Source: Gaiellaceae bacterium (GTDB lineage: Bacteria > Actinomycetota > Thermoleophilia > Gaiellales > Gaiellaceae). From it: a DNA stretch of 64,000 bases. The stretch covers positions 7,189 through 71,188 of the forward strand of contig DASQWB010000032.1 in assembly GCA_035640455.1 (NCBI GenBank). Reading direction: 5' to 3'. The position numbers and the translations under genes were made by a program. Below the pieces are notes generated by a model. That model searched no databases. It worked only from the letters and a program-made list of their open reading frames with translations, and had not been told where the DNA came from. This document shows positions 25,671 through 34,924 of this stretch, piece after piece. How positions within the stretch are numbered: position 1 is the stretch's first letter; every line of letters starts with the position of its first letter.

Positions 25671-26368
25671 CGACCGTGACCGCCTACGCCCGCCGCTTCG
25701 GGCTCGTCTACTTCGCGCTCGCCGCCGTCGTCGGCGCGGCCGTCGGCGGGACGATCGTGCTCGCCGGCCGCGGCGGCCCCGCCCGCTCTCCCTGGTCGGA
25801 ATGGCATCCGACCGCCTCGGGCGAGCTGCGGACGAAGGAGATCGCGAACCGGATCGCGGCCGCCTACCGCCTCCGGAACGGCCGGCCGCTCGTCGACGTC
25901 GTCACCGGCGCGCCGTTCCAGTCCGTGGTGACGGAGATCGCGACGCCCGCAATCGGCGCCGGCTTCGGCAGCGACACGCCGGTCTACGACCCGAGCCGCA
26001 CGCGCATGTTCGTCCTCTGCGGCGCCGGCAAGAACTGCTCGCTCCCGGGGACGCCGACGGTCGCGCGCACGCAGCTCCTGCGGCGAGAGGCGCTCGAGCT
26101 CGCCCTGTACACGTTCAAGTACGTCGACACCGACGCCGTCGTCGAGTTCCTGCCTGGCGGTGCGAAAGCGCGGCCGAATCTCGCGCTCTTCTTCCGCCGG
26201 AACGAGGTCGAGCCGTTCCTCTCGCACCCGCTCCGGGCGACGCTGCCGCGCAAGCCGCAGCCCTCCACGGCCCGGCAGATCGACGAGTTGACGCTCTCCC
26301 ACATGTTCCGCTTCCAGCTCCAGCCGTCGCAGGCCGGCGGCGGGCTGCTCGTGCTCGACCGCGGCTAG
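25667..26368 (+). CDS. membrane-anchored hypothetical protein
   Basis: 233 aa with N-terminal TM helix LVYFALAAVVGAAVGGTIVLA. GTGA overlap with the ftsH-like gene. Confidence 0.5.
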   Translation: MTTVTAYARRFGLVYFALAAVVGAAVGGTIVLAGRGGPARSPWSEWHPTASGELRTKEIANRIAAAYRLRNGRPLVDVVTGAPFQSVVTEIATPAIGAGFGSDTPVYDPSRTRMFVLCGAGKNCSLPGTPTVARTQLLRREALELALYTFKYVDTDAVVEFLPGGAKARPNLALFFRRNEVEPFLSHPLRATLPRKPQPSTARQIDELTLSHMFRFQLQPSQAGGGLLVLDRG

Positions 26369-26490
26369 CCCAAGACGCCGCTTGCGGTGCCGCCGTCGGC
26401 GCGTGGGCGCGCTCAGCCCAAACGCCGATGTGCACTAGTGCACAAGCTTCGGATCGCTCGCCCCGTCGAGCGTCGGACCGCGGCTAGGAA
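26369..26490 (+). repeat. family-2 intergenic repeat, divergent copy E3
   Basis: GACGCCGCTTGCGGTGCCGCCGTC and the tail GGATCGCTCGCC...GGCTAGGAAC match E1/E2. The middle is replaced by the palindrome GTGCACTAGTGCAC (26430-26443). Confidence 0.45.
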
Positions 26491-26516
26491 CTCGCGCCTG
26501 CGGGTAAGCGCGCCGG

Positions 26517-28601
26517 ATGCAGATCGACGACCGGGTCGGCGACGCGATCGAGCGGGCGATCGGCGCGCATCACCGCCGGCGGCTGCGCCGCCTCGGCTGG
26601 GCGCACGCGCTCGACGGCCAAGGCCCGGCCTGGGCGCGCGGCGACCCGCCACCGCGCTCGGGCAACGCCGTCGAGGTGCTCGCCGACGGCGCGGAGGCGC
26701 TGCCGCGGATCGCCGAGGAGCTGCGGCACGCGGCGTCGCACGTCCGCCTCGCGGGCTGGCACGTGACGCCGACCTTCCGCCTCGGCCCCTCGCCGGAGGA
26801 CGAGCTGCAGGCGATCCTCGCCGAGATCGCGGAGCGCGTCCCCGTGCGCGTCCTCCTCTGGGCGGGAGCGCCGGTGCCGCTCTTCCGGCCTTCGCGCAGC
26901 GACGTGCGCGAGCTCCGCGACACGCTCGAGCGCGGCACGCGGATCCGCGTCGGCCTCGACGAACGCGAGCGGCCGATGCACTGCCACCACGAGAAGCTCG
27001 TCGTGGTCGACGATCGCGTCGCCTTCGTCGGCGGGATCGACCTCACCTCGTACGCCGGCGACCGCTTCGACACGAACGACCATCCAGCGCGCGGCGAACT
27101 CGGCTGGCACGACGCGGCGGTGCGGCTCGAGGGGCCGGTCGTGGCCGACGTGACGGAGCACTTCGCGTTCCGCTGGCGAGAGGTGACCGGCGAGGCGGTC
27201 GCCGCGCCCGCACCGCCGCGCGCGGCGGGAGGCCTCGACGTCCAGCTCGTCCGGACGGTGCCCGAGGGCATCTACGACGCTCTACCGCGCGGCGACTTCC
27301 GGATCCTCGAGGGCTACGTCGGCGCGCTGCGCGGCGCGGAGCGACTCGTCTACCTCGAGAGCCAGTTCCTGTGGTCGCCCGAGATCGTCGCGATCCTGGC
27401 CAAGAAGCTGCGAGAGCCGCCGACGGACGGCTTCCGGGTCGTTGTCCTGCTCCCCGCCAGGCCGAACGACGGCGCCGACGACACCCGCGGCCAGCTCGGC
27501 GTCCTCGCCGAGGCCGACGACGGCCGCGGCCGGCTCCTCGCGTGCACGCTCCGCCAGCGCGGCCCGGACGCGAAGCTTGTCTACGTGCACGCGAAGATCG
27601 GGATCGTCGACGACGCGTGGCTGACCCTCGGCTCGGCCAACCTGAACGAGCACTCGCTCTTCAACGACACCGAGGTGAACGTGGTCGTGCGTGACAGCGC
27701 CCTCGTGCGGCAGACCCGCCTTCGCCTCTGGGCCGAGCACCTCGAGCGCGATCCTGGGGAGCTCGAGGGCGATCCGACCGAGGTCGTCGACGGACTCTGG
27801 CGGCCGCTCGCGGACGAACCAGACCACCGCCTCGCACGCCTGCGCCACGTCTCGCGCCGCTCGAAGCGTCTCGTCGGGCCGCTCCGGAGCCTCGTCGTCG
27901 ACGGCTGCGCGCTCAAGAGCAGGCCGCCCGGCTCCGATTCCTCAACGGTGCGCAAGATCGCACCGCTCCTGCTCGTGCCGTTCCTGGCTGCGGCCTGCGG
28001 CGGCGGCTCGCTGAGCGCCGCCGGCGCCGAGCACTACCTCCGGACGACCGCCGGCGTGCCCCACGCTCACTGCCGGCCGGGGCACAGCGGCTGGAGCTAC
28101 GTCTGCACCGTCCGGCGCGCGAAGCGCGCTTTCCGTGTCGCCGTCGTCGTCGACGGCAGGCGCGTGAAGGAGACGACAGAGCTCCTTCCGCTCCGTGGCC
28201 CGCTCCCGCCGGTGCCGGGGTCGCCGGAAGCACGCGTCGCCGAGTTCCTCGCCGACGCGAGCGCGATCTGCTCGCGCCGCACGACCCTCGTCGCCGCGAT
28301 CCCCCACCCGCGCAACGTCTACGCCGCCTACCGGCTCATGGGCGCCTACATGAGCGCCGAGCGCGAGGAGGCCGAGTCGCTCCGCCGCCTCGATCCGCCC
28401 GGCGACTCGGCCGAGGCCATGCGCCGGCTGATCTCCGCCGCCGACCGCGCCGTCGCCGCCGCCGAGGCGTACCGGACAGCCCTGTTGCATCGCGACCGGA
28501 CCGGCGTCGCGCGCGCCCTAGCCGCCCGCCGCGCAGCCGCCTCGGAACAGGAGCGCGCCGCCGTCGCGCTCGACCTCCGCTGCGTCGCGGTGACGCGCTA
28601 G
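26517..28601 (+). CDS. phospholipase D / cardiolipin-synthase-like two-HKD protein; the ORF continues in frame into a lipoprotein-like module
   Basis: HKD motifs HCHHEKLVVVDDRVAFVGGIDL and YVHAKIGIVDDAWLTLGSANLN. From 27948 onward, the same frame encodes VRKIAPLLLVPFLAAAC, a lipobox. Confidence 0.7.
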   Translation: MQIDDRVGDAIERAIGAHHRRRLRRLGWAHALDGQGPAWARGDPPPRSGNAVEVLADGAEALPRIAEELRHAASHVRLAGWHVTPTFRLGPSPEDELQAILAEIAERVPVRVLLWAGAPVPLFRPSRSDVRELRDTLERGTRIRVGLDERERPMHCHHEKLVVVDDRVAFVGGIDLTSYAGDRFDTNDHPARGELGWHDAAVRLEGPVVADVTEHFAFRWREVTGEAVAAPAPPRAAGGLDVQLVRTVPEGIYDALPRGDFRILEGYVGALRGAERLVYLESQFLWSPEIVAILAKKLREPPTDGFRVVVLLPARPNDGADDTRGQLGVLAEADDGRGRLLACTLRQRGPDAKLVYVHAKIGIVDDAWLTLGSANLNEHSLFNDTEVNVVVRDSALVRQTRLRLWAEHLERDPGELEGDPTEVVDGLWRPLADEPDHRLARLRHVSRRSKRLVGPLRSLVVDGCALKSRPPGSDSSTVRKIAPLLLVPFLAAACGGGSLSAAGAEHYLRTTAGVPHAHCRPGHSGWSYVCTVRRAKRAFRVAVVVDGRRVKETTELLPLRGPLPPVPGSPEARVAEFLADASAICSRRTTLVAAIPHPRNVYAAYRLMGAYMSAEREEAESLRRLDPPGDSAEAMRRLISAADRAVAAAEAYRTALLHRDRTGVARALAARRAAASEQERAAVALDLRCVAVTR

Positions 28602-30514
28602 CGGAAGAGCCGCAGCCGCGGGAGGAAGACGACGCGGCCGCCGGTGCTGTCGGCGTAGCTGTAGTAGAGGCCGGACGGCTCCAGGTCGGCAAAGACGGGG
28701 CCGCGGCCCGGCGTGAGCGTCGTCGAGCGGCCGTCCTCGAGCCGCAGCAGCTCGATCGTGTCGGCGTGGATCAGCACCGCGATCCCGCCGTCGACGTCGA
28801 CCAGCCGGCCTTCCGGTAGCGGCCGCGACAGCACGCGGGCTCCCGTCGCCGTGTCGTAGACCTCGAGCGTCGAGGAGCGCGCGACGACGACGCGGCCGCC
28901 GTCGAGGAGGGCGGCGGACACATCCGTGAGCGGCAAGAAGCGCACCAGCGCTCCGCTCTCGTCGAGCACCGCCACCCCGTCGAGCTCGCGAACGGCGATC
29001 AGGTGGCCGGAGACGGAGTCGGCCGGCGCGGAATGCTCGCCGCTCCGGATCACGGTGCAGATGTTCCGGCTCCGGAGGGGAACGGGCCTCGCGCAGTGCT
29101 GACGGCCGGCGCCGATCCGGACGAGCCCGAGCCGGTCGTCGAAGACGAGCAGGTCGCCGTCGCCATGCAGGTGGTAGTCCCAGAGCCGACCGGTGCCGTT
29201 GAAGCCGTCCTCGGCCAGCGAGACCGGGCGCGGGTCGGCCAGCGTGACCGTCTTGAGGAGGAAGTCGCACGTCGTGCCGCACCCGTACAAGACCCAGGCG
29301 ACGCGCGAGCCGGCGAGCTCGACGTCGTAGAGGCTCGGCACGCCGCCGCAGCTCGCGGGGACGTCGAAGCGCCGGAGGGATCGCCGCGCCGGCGTCCACA
29401 CGGCGACGTGGTCGCAGTCGAGGGGCGTCGGGCCGACGACGAACGCGACGCGCGAGCCGTCCGCCGAGAGGTCGCTGACCGGCGCTCGCGTCGCGACGGT
29501 GCGGGCGTCGACCGCACGCTCCGACGGCGGGATCGGCCGCGCGGCCGGCCGGACCGGAGCGAGGCGCGTCCAGCCGACGAGCTGGTTGTGGCCCATCCCG
29601 GTGATTCGGCGGAGCCCTCTTCCGTTCGCACCGACGAGCCAGATCCGATCAGGGCCCCCGCCCGGGTTCGCGGCGAGCGCGAGACGGCGTCCGTCCGGCG
29701 ACCACGCCTCGCTGCCCACGCTCAGACCGAGCCCTAGCCACCGCAACCCCCGGCCGTCGACGCCGACGACGCCGACGTCTCGGATGTTGCCGCTGAACGC
29801 GAGCCTCCTGCCGTCGGGCGACCACGCGAACGTGCCGACGTTTCGCGCGACCCGGTGCCGGTGCGTGCCGTCCTGCCGCACGACGAAGAGATCGTCGTGA
29901 CCCGCGTCGGTGTACGCGATCCAGCGCCCGTCCGGCGACCACGTCGGCCCGCTGACGATTCCGCCGCGGGCGATCAGGCGCCGCCGCCCGCCGAGCGACT
30001 CGACGACGACCGCCTGTTCATCCTCGCTGAGGTCGCTCAGGAGAACGAGCGCCTTGCCGTCGGGCGACCAGTCGGGCCTGTAGCCGAAGCCGGGGAGGCG
30101 GCGCCGGCCGTGTCCGTCCGTGCCGACGATCCAGGTGGTCACCCGCTCCTCTCCCGTTCCGAAGGCGAGCAGCTTGCCGTCGCTCGAGAGCGCCGCACCG
30201 TTCGCCTCGGTCCGCACCACCTGATGCAGCCCCGCTCCGTCCGCGCGCGAGACCTCGATCGGCTGGAGGGCGCCGCCGTACGCGATCGTCCCGCCGTCGC
30301 GCGACACCGCCGCCGGTCCCAGCGCGCGGCTGCGCGGCAGGAGCGGCGTCAGGCGCGAGCCGTCGGGCCGAACGCTGTACACGCGCGACTCGCCGTCGCG
30401 ATCGCTCGTGAGCAGCACGCGAGGCGCGCCGTCCCCGGCGGCCGTCGTCCGTTCCCCGCAGCCGGTGAGACAGGCGACGACGAGAACCGCGACGAGTGCG
30501 TGCGGGAAACGCAT
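28598..30514 (-). CDS. TolB-like (PD40 beta-propeller) lipoprotein with a Cys-containing C-terminal domain
   Basis: Starts MRFPHALVAVLVVACLTGCG (lipobox). Repeated WSPDG motifs. The 756-aa track ORF is over-extended. Confidence 0.7.
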   Translation of the reverse strand: MRFPHALVAVLVVACLTGCGERTTAAGDGAPRVLLTSDRDGESRVYSVRPDGSRLTPLLPRSRALGPAAVSRDGGTIAYGGALQPIEVSRADGAGLHQVVRTEANGAALSSDGKLLAFGTGEERVTTWIVGTDGHGRRRLPGFGYRPDWSPDGKALVLLSDLSEDEQAVVVESLGGRRRLIARGGIVSGPTWSPDGRWIAYTDAGHDDLFVVRQDGTHRHRVARNVGTFAWSPDGRRLAFSGNIRDVGVVGVDGRGLRWLGLGLSVGSEAWSPDGRRLALAANPGGGPDRIWLVGANGRGLRRITGMGHNQLVGWTRLAPVRPAARPIPPSERAVDARTVATRAPVSDLSADGSRVAFVVGPTPLDCDHVAVWTPARRSLRRFDVPASCGGVPSLYDVELAGSRVAWVLYGCGTTCDFLLKTVTLADPRPVSLAEDGFNGTGRLWDYHLHGDGDLLVFDDRLGLVRIGAGRQHCARPVPLRSRNICTVIRSGEHSAPADSVSGHLIAVRELDGVAVLDESGALVRFLPLTDVSAALLDGGRVVVARSSTLEVYDTATGARVLSRPLPEGRLVDVDGGIAVLIHADTIELLRLEDGRSTTLTPGRGPVFADLEPSGLYYSYADSTGGRVVFLPRLRLFR

Positions 30515-30568
30515 GCGACGCCAACGTACGCCTCTCGGAGCGCGACTACCAGGCGTAAGGTCGGGCCG

Positions 30569-31054
30569 ATGAGCGTGGAGACGCGGCCGCCGCGCGCCGA
30601 CGAGGCCGACGAGCTCTTCCGGAGGTTCCGGGAGACGGCGCTCGTCGCCTACCGGCACGTCTTCCCGCCCGAGCTCTATCCGTTCCCGGACGAGGCCGAG
30701 CGCAGCAAGTGGCGCCGCCTCGTGCGCGACCACGGGCGGACGCACCGGCTCGTGGTCGCCGAGGTCGCCGGCGACGTCGTCGGAGCCGTCGTCGCGACAC
30801 CGGGGACCCTCCAGCACCTCTTCGTCGTGCCGAGCAGCTGGGGCACGGGAGTCGCCGACGCCCTGCACGCCGCAGCCGTCGAGGTCTCACGTGAGGCCGG
30901 CGTCGCCGAGTGCCGGCTCGAGGTGCTCGCCGAGAACTGCCGCGCGCGCCGTTTCTACGAACGCCACGGCTGGGTGCCCGACGAGCGGAGCCGCCCCGCC
31001 GACTACCCGCCGTACCCGCGCGTCGTCGGCTACAGGCTGCCGCTTCGGCGATGA
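30569..31054 (+). CDS. GNAT family N-acetyltransferase
   Basis: 161 aa with LFVVPSSWGTGVADAL...ARRFYERHGW. Confidence 0.75.
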   Translation: MSVETRPPRADEADELFRRFRETALVAYRHVFPPELYPFPDEAERSKWRRLVRDHGRTHRLVVAEVAGDVVGAVVATPGTLQHLFVVPSSWGTGVADALHAAAVEVSREAGVAECRLEVLAENCRARRFYERHGWVPDERSRPADYPPYPRVVGYRLPLRR

Positions 31055-31055
31055 G

Positions 31056-31087
31056 GGGATCCAACCGCCGACGCCCTGCTTCTAAGG
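31056..31087 (-). other. degenerate tRNA 3'-half remnant (old att scar)
   Basis: GGGATCCAACCGCCGACGCCCTGCTTCTAAGG matches the remnant at 33843-33885 at about 29 of 32 positions and tRNA-Val at about 25 of 32 by my hand alignment. Confidence 0.35.
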
Positions 31088-31208
31088 ACGAACCGACTGA
31101 CTGACCTCTAGCGACCGCTTCAAACGGGTAGATGCGGACGAGAAGGTCGCTTCGCGTGCCCAAACCCGGAATGTGAGTTTGAAGGTAACTCCGAGAGCAT
31201 GGGACGAC

Positions 31209-32546
31209 TCACGCGCGGCTACGCCTCGGTTCGTGGTCTTGGGGCGGGACGATGCGGAGCGCGAACGCTGAGGCTCGCTCCAGCAGGCCGAGCGCTTTGT
31301 CCGTGTCCCCGAGCGACCGATAGAGGTCGGCCCATTCGCGAGCGACCATCGTTGCCTCGCGCCACTGCCGATGCTCCGTCAGAAAGTCGAGCGCCTGCTG
31401 AAAGTACGGCTCTGCTTTGCGCGCGTTCCCTAGCGCTGCGTAGGCGGTCGCGTAGGCGTGCCACTCGGCGCCCCGATGGAGCGAGTCCTCTGCGATGAGT
31501 TCGTGCGCTTCTTGCGCCAGCCGTAGCGCCTCTTCTCCGTCCCCTGACCAAGCTGCCACCTTGGCTTGTTCGGCGCGCATGAGCCCCATGTCCTCCGAAC
31601 TCGCACCCGTCGCAGTGAGCAACTTGTCGGCGCGGTCGAGATGCCGCGCGGCCTTCTGCCAGTCACGCTCGAGGTTGAGGAGCGAGGCGTTGAGGATGTG
31701 CGCGAGCGCGAGCCCGCGCGTGTCCTCGGTGGTGCGGTAGAGCGCGAGTGCCTCCCGCGCGTAGCGCAGCGCCGTACCCGAGTCTTGCGCCTCCCACCAG
31801 GCCATCCTGGCGAGCGACCAGTAGACGCGAACGCGGGCCTGGGGCGAAGCGACCGTCTCGACACGTTCAGCCGCCTCCTGTAGGAGGCGGGAGGCTCGGC
31901 CTGCGTCGCCCGCGTCGGAGTAGGCGCACGCGAGATAGGCCATGAAGCGAGCCTCCAATGCAGCATCTCCTGCGGCGTGCTCGCGAACATCGGCCAGCGC
32001 TCGCTCCAGAGTGATGATGGCGTGGCCGGGCCTGTCCGTGAACGAGTAGGCCTGAGCCAGTTCCTCGTACACGTCGGGGCGCTCGTGCGGCGGGAGGTGC
32101 CCCGTCTTGATTGCTTCCTCCAGCCGTGTCGCAGCCTCCTCGCGCTCTCCCTTGTGAGCTGCGATCAGGCCGAGTCCCGCGAGTGCTCGCGCGCGGATCT
32201 CGTCCTCTGCCTCCTCGTCTGCAACGAGGGAGCGGAATGCCTCCTTGGCGGCGTCAAGATCGTTCTCGAGCCGAAGCTGGAGCTCGGCATCCGACACTCG
32301 CAACTCGCGCTCGGCTACCTCGGGAACGCGCCTCCCCGTCTCCAACTCCTCGGCTGAAACTCCGAGCCGCTTCGCGAGCTTGCGAATCGCTTTTAGCGAA
32401 GGTCCACGGTCGCCGCTCTCTATGCGGCTTATGTAGGCGTAAGAAACGCCGGGCATCGACAGTTCGCGCTGCGATAAGCCGCGTGCACGGCGCAGGCGCC
32501 TGAGCCTTTGCCCGATTGTCTCCTCTTCCCCGGAAGGTTGCCCCAT
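31209..32546 (-). CDS. XRE-family HTH plus TPR-repeat regulator (RRNPP-like architecture)
   Basis: N-terminal HTH_3 (IGQRLRRLRRARGLSQRELS...SYISRIESGDRGPS) followed by about 370 aa of TPR-like helical repeats. Confidence 0.8.
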   Translation of the reverse strand: MGQPSGEEETIGQRLRRLRRARGLSQRELSMPGVSYAYISRIESGDRGPSLKAIRKLAKRLGVSAEELETGRRVPEVAERELRVSDAELQLRLENDLDAAKEAFRSLVADEEAEDEIRARALAGLGLIAAHKGEREEAATRLEEAIKTGHLPPHERPDVYEELAQAYSFTDRPGHAIITLERALADVREHAAGDAALEARFMAYLACAYSDAGDAGRASRLLQEAAERVETVASPQARVRVYWSLARMAWWEAQDSGTALRYAREALALYRTTEDTRGLALAHILNASLLNLERDWQKAARHLDRADKLLTATGASSEDMGLMRAEQAKVAAWSGDGEEALRLAQEAHELIAEDSLHRGAEWHAYATAYAALGNARKAEPYFQQALDFLTEHRQWREATMVAREWADLYRSLGDTDKALGLLERASAFALRIVPPQDHEPRRSRA

Positions 32547-32642
32547 GGCCGCGGGCCGCAGTTTGCCTGACTGGCCTCTAGTGAGTCAATCTCCGCGCGC
32601 TTAACCCGCGGCAAAAGCGATTCCTACGAGAGGGGGTGAATC

Positions 32643-32741
32643 ATGCGCACAGGCAACATTGTCCGCGCGCTCGCGGCGCTCGCGGTACTCGCCACGGCTC
32701 TTTATGGCGTCTCCGTGCAGTGGCCGATCTGGCCTCCGTAG
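32643..32741 (+). CDS. candidate 32-aa secreted/hydrophobic pro-peptide (micro-ORF)
   Basis: GAGAGGGGGTGA SD ends 5 nt before ATG 32643. Product MRTGNIVRALAALAVLATALYGVSVQWPIWPP*. Divergent from the XRE-TPR gene (96-bp spacer). Below the size cut-off of the ORF track. Confidence 0.35.
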   Translation: MRTGNIVRALAALAVLATALYGVSVQWPIWPP

Positions 32742-33210
32742 GCGTGCCCCAATGCGGCGGGGAAAGGTGCTGCGGCGCTTGACCCCGCCGCTCCCCCTGT
32801 ACGCGCGGGAAGTCCTGAAACGCGTTCTGCGCTCCGCGTCAGCCAGGCGACGAGCCTTGCCGCCCCCTGCTACGCAAGCATGGTTCCCGCACCCGTGCTG
32901 GACCTCCGAAACTACCATCGCTGCTGCGATTGGAAGGCGAAGTACTGCGCGGGCACCGAGTGCGACTGCCGCGGATGGCTTCGCTCCTGCTAGCGGCGCG
33001 CGGAGCTCGCGGCTCATGCGGCGGTAGCAACGAAGCGTGCGATGTAGAGGAACGATAGTTGCCGTCGTCTTAGGAGGAGTTTCGGCACAGCGCTAGGCGG
33101 GCGCCGATCAAGACATCCGAGCGCATTTGACGAGTCGCTTGCCACTCGGCGCTAGACCGGCGAGCACTCTGCGCGTGGGATGACGCCTCGTCACGGGAGA
33201 CGGCGCGAGC

Positions 33211-33813
33211 GTGAACCGGCCACGCGGAAGGCCCCTGTTCGTGCGCCTGTTGAGCAGAACCGGCGGCTCTTCCACGACCGGCATCGCCCGCGTCGTCATG
33301 CAGTGGGGTGAGCTGTACGAGGCCAAGCTCAGGGTTCCAGCCGGAGGGATCGGCGGGATTCGGATCGGGCTCCGCGGCCGCCCCGAGAGGCTGTTTCGCG
33401 TCCAGAACGATCCATTCACGACGCCGCGAGGGACTCGCTGCGACGTCGCAGCGCTCAGTGCCACGCTGAGAGCGTTCGTACGTGCATACAACGGAGGAGA
33501 CGGTCAGAAGCTCGATCGACTGTTCTCACGTCGGCGGTTCTATTGGTATGCATCGAACGGCCCCGGGCCACGTCAGTCGCCTGAGTCGCGAAACCGCGAG
33601 ACACTCGTGTCCTACTTCCGGGAGCGTCACCGACTCGGTGACCGTCTCAAGCTGCGTGCGTACAGATTCAACAGCTACGAACGTGCGCGAAACCTTGGTC
33701 ACTTCGAATTTGGCGGAGACAGACGAGCAGACGACTTTCGTGACGGCAGCTGGTTCGCATGGTCGGCAAGGGGGCGCTCGACTGCTCACGGCAGCCCGTC
33801 ACGGTCAGCGTGA
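33211..33813 (+). pseudogene. decayed hypothetical gene (frame break near 33755)
   Basis: The middle section looks protein-like (ATLRAFVRAYNGGDGQKLDRLFSRRRFYWYASNGPG...RLKLRAYRFNSYE...DGSWF). The sequence continues sensibly in another frame (GKGALDCSRQPVTVSVMFLG). There is no convincing N-terminus. Confidence 0.3.
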
Positions 33814-33842
33814 TGTTCCTCGGGGACCGGATCGGTAACGAA

Positions 33843-33885
33843 TGGGCGGTGACGGGATCGAACCGCCGACCTCCTGCTTGTAAGG
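33843..33885 (-). other. tRNA-Val 3'-half copy (distal att site of the int-bearing islet)
   Basis: TGGGCGGTGACGGGATCGAACCGCCGACCTCCTGCTTGTAAGG is a direct repeat of tRNA-Val positions 37490-37532. A 19-nt stretch CGACCTCCTGCTTGTAAGG is identical, and identity ends in the anticodon loop. Confidence 0.65.
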
Positions 33886-34196
33886 AACCACGTAGGAAGG
33901 CGCCCGACGAGGGCGCTTTCCCTTTGCTGGAGCCGTTTCCGGGCCTGTTCGCCGCCCTCGCGGGGTGGCCCGAAAATAGGGCGATTTGCGGACGATTACC
34001 GGGGGTTTGGGCACTAGAAGCGTGTTAGTGCCCATTCAGATGGGCGGGCGAGCCCGAACGCCCGGGCTCGGTGAAGGGTCGTCTCGGCCGGGAGCCGGTC
34101 GGCCTGCTCGGCTGGATCGGCTAGCGAGGGAGCGGCGGCGAGCGGTGCAGCCCGCCGTGGATTTGCTGAGCCACGCCTTCCGGCGCTGCTTCGGCC

Positions 34197-34727
34197 TTAT
34201 GGTCTCGCGCAGATCACGTACGGTGTCAGCGTGGTGTTTGCCGCGGTCGCGCGGAGGTAGACCCTCCAGGCCTTCGGCGGGGTCCCCGATGGGAACGAGG
34301 ACACCAGCGATGCGGAGGAGAGATTCGAGAACCCACCACCGCCCGTGGCAACCTCTCCCTGCTGACACACCGCAGTCGCGGCCTTTGTGGTACCCGCGGG
34401 TACGGGGACCGAAGGTGCGCTGCGCCGAGTTACATTCGTGGCCCCGGGGTCGCCCTTGTCGCCCTTGTCGCCCTTCACGCCTTGGGCGCCCGGCGGCCCT
34501 GCCGGGCCGCGCGGCCCCTTCTGGCCCTTGAGCAACGTGATCGCTTTCTTGCGGATGTCGATCAAGCGTATCGACCTGTTCTTGATCTGAGTCGAGCCGA
34601 CGCTGTTCGCCGGAACCAGCGAGGCGGCCGCGAACGACGTGCCGCCGAGCGCGACGAACAGCGCCAGCGTCGCCATCACATTCGCGTAGCTCAGGCGGCG
34701 CCGTAGGCGTGTCGCGAAACCCTTCAT
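34197..34727 (-). CDS. collagen-like (Gly-X-Y) repeat protein with an N-terminal signal anchor
   Basis: TM helix VMATLALFVALGGTSFAAA followed by GQKGPRGPAGPPGAQGVKGDKGDKGDPG. Confidence 0.65.
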   Translation of the reverse strand: MKGFATRLRRRLSYANVMATLALFVALGGTSFAAASLVPANSVGSTQIKNRSIRLIDIRKKAITLLKGQKGPRGPAGPPGAQGVKGDKGDKGDPGATNVTRRSAPSVPVPAGTTKAATAVCQQGEVATGGGGFSNLSSASLVSSFPSGTPPKAWRVYLRATAANTTLTPYVICARP

Positions 34728-34924
34728 GCGCAGTCTCCCCTCGGGAAGGAGGTCAAGCTCTGCCCGCCGACGGCATGCCGCTTGATCTGTGCCCGCCGAC
34801 GCCGGTCAGGCTCCGGGCTTGCAACACGAGTGTTTAGTACGTCCGGAGTCGAAGGTCAAGAGACGGTATGGCCTCAGCCCCGGCGCGCATTGCCGGGATC
34901 CCGACGCCCACCAGCGCACCAGTC

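Larger units (their letters stand above)
31088..33842. mobile_element. older, decayed integrated islet between two tRNA-Val 3'-half remnants
   Basis: Bounded by att-like remnants. It is visibly more AT-rich and uses many A/T-ending codons (caa, tta, ata, aaa). No integrase is left. Confidence 0.45.

Noticed and set aside
26517-27947. The PLD-family protein as a possible nuclease-type defence effector.
   Set aside because: Both HKD motifs and their spacing look like cardiolipin-synthase/phospholipase D enzymes. No defence-associated partners (helicase, methylase, ATPase) are nearby.
31088-31208. A possible signalling-peptide ORF downstream of the XRE-TPR gene (the aimP or phr position): 26 aa, MLSELPSNSHSGFGHAKRPSRPHLPV.
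   Set aside because: It has no SD, is hydrophilic with no export signal, and overlaps the degenerate tRNA scar region. The divergent 32-aa ORF at 32643 is the better candidate.
32880-32993. A 37-aa Cys-rich micro-ORF (MVPAPVLDLRNYHRCCDWKAKYCAGTECDCRGWLRSC), which could be a RiPP or bacteriocin precursor near the XRE-TPR gene.
   Set aside because: There is no SD-like sequence upstream and no adjacent maturation or export genes. TGC codons arise easily by chance in this composition. It is worth a glance only if homologous loci conserve it.
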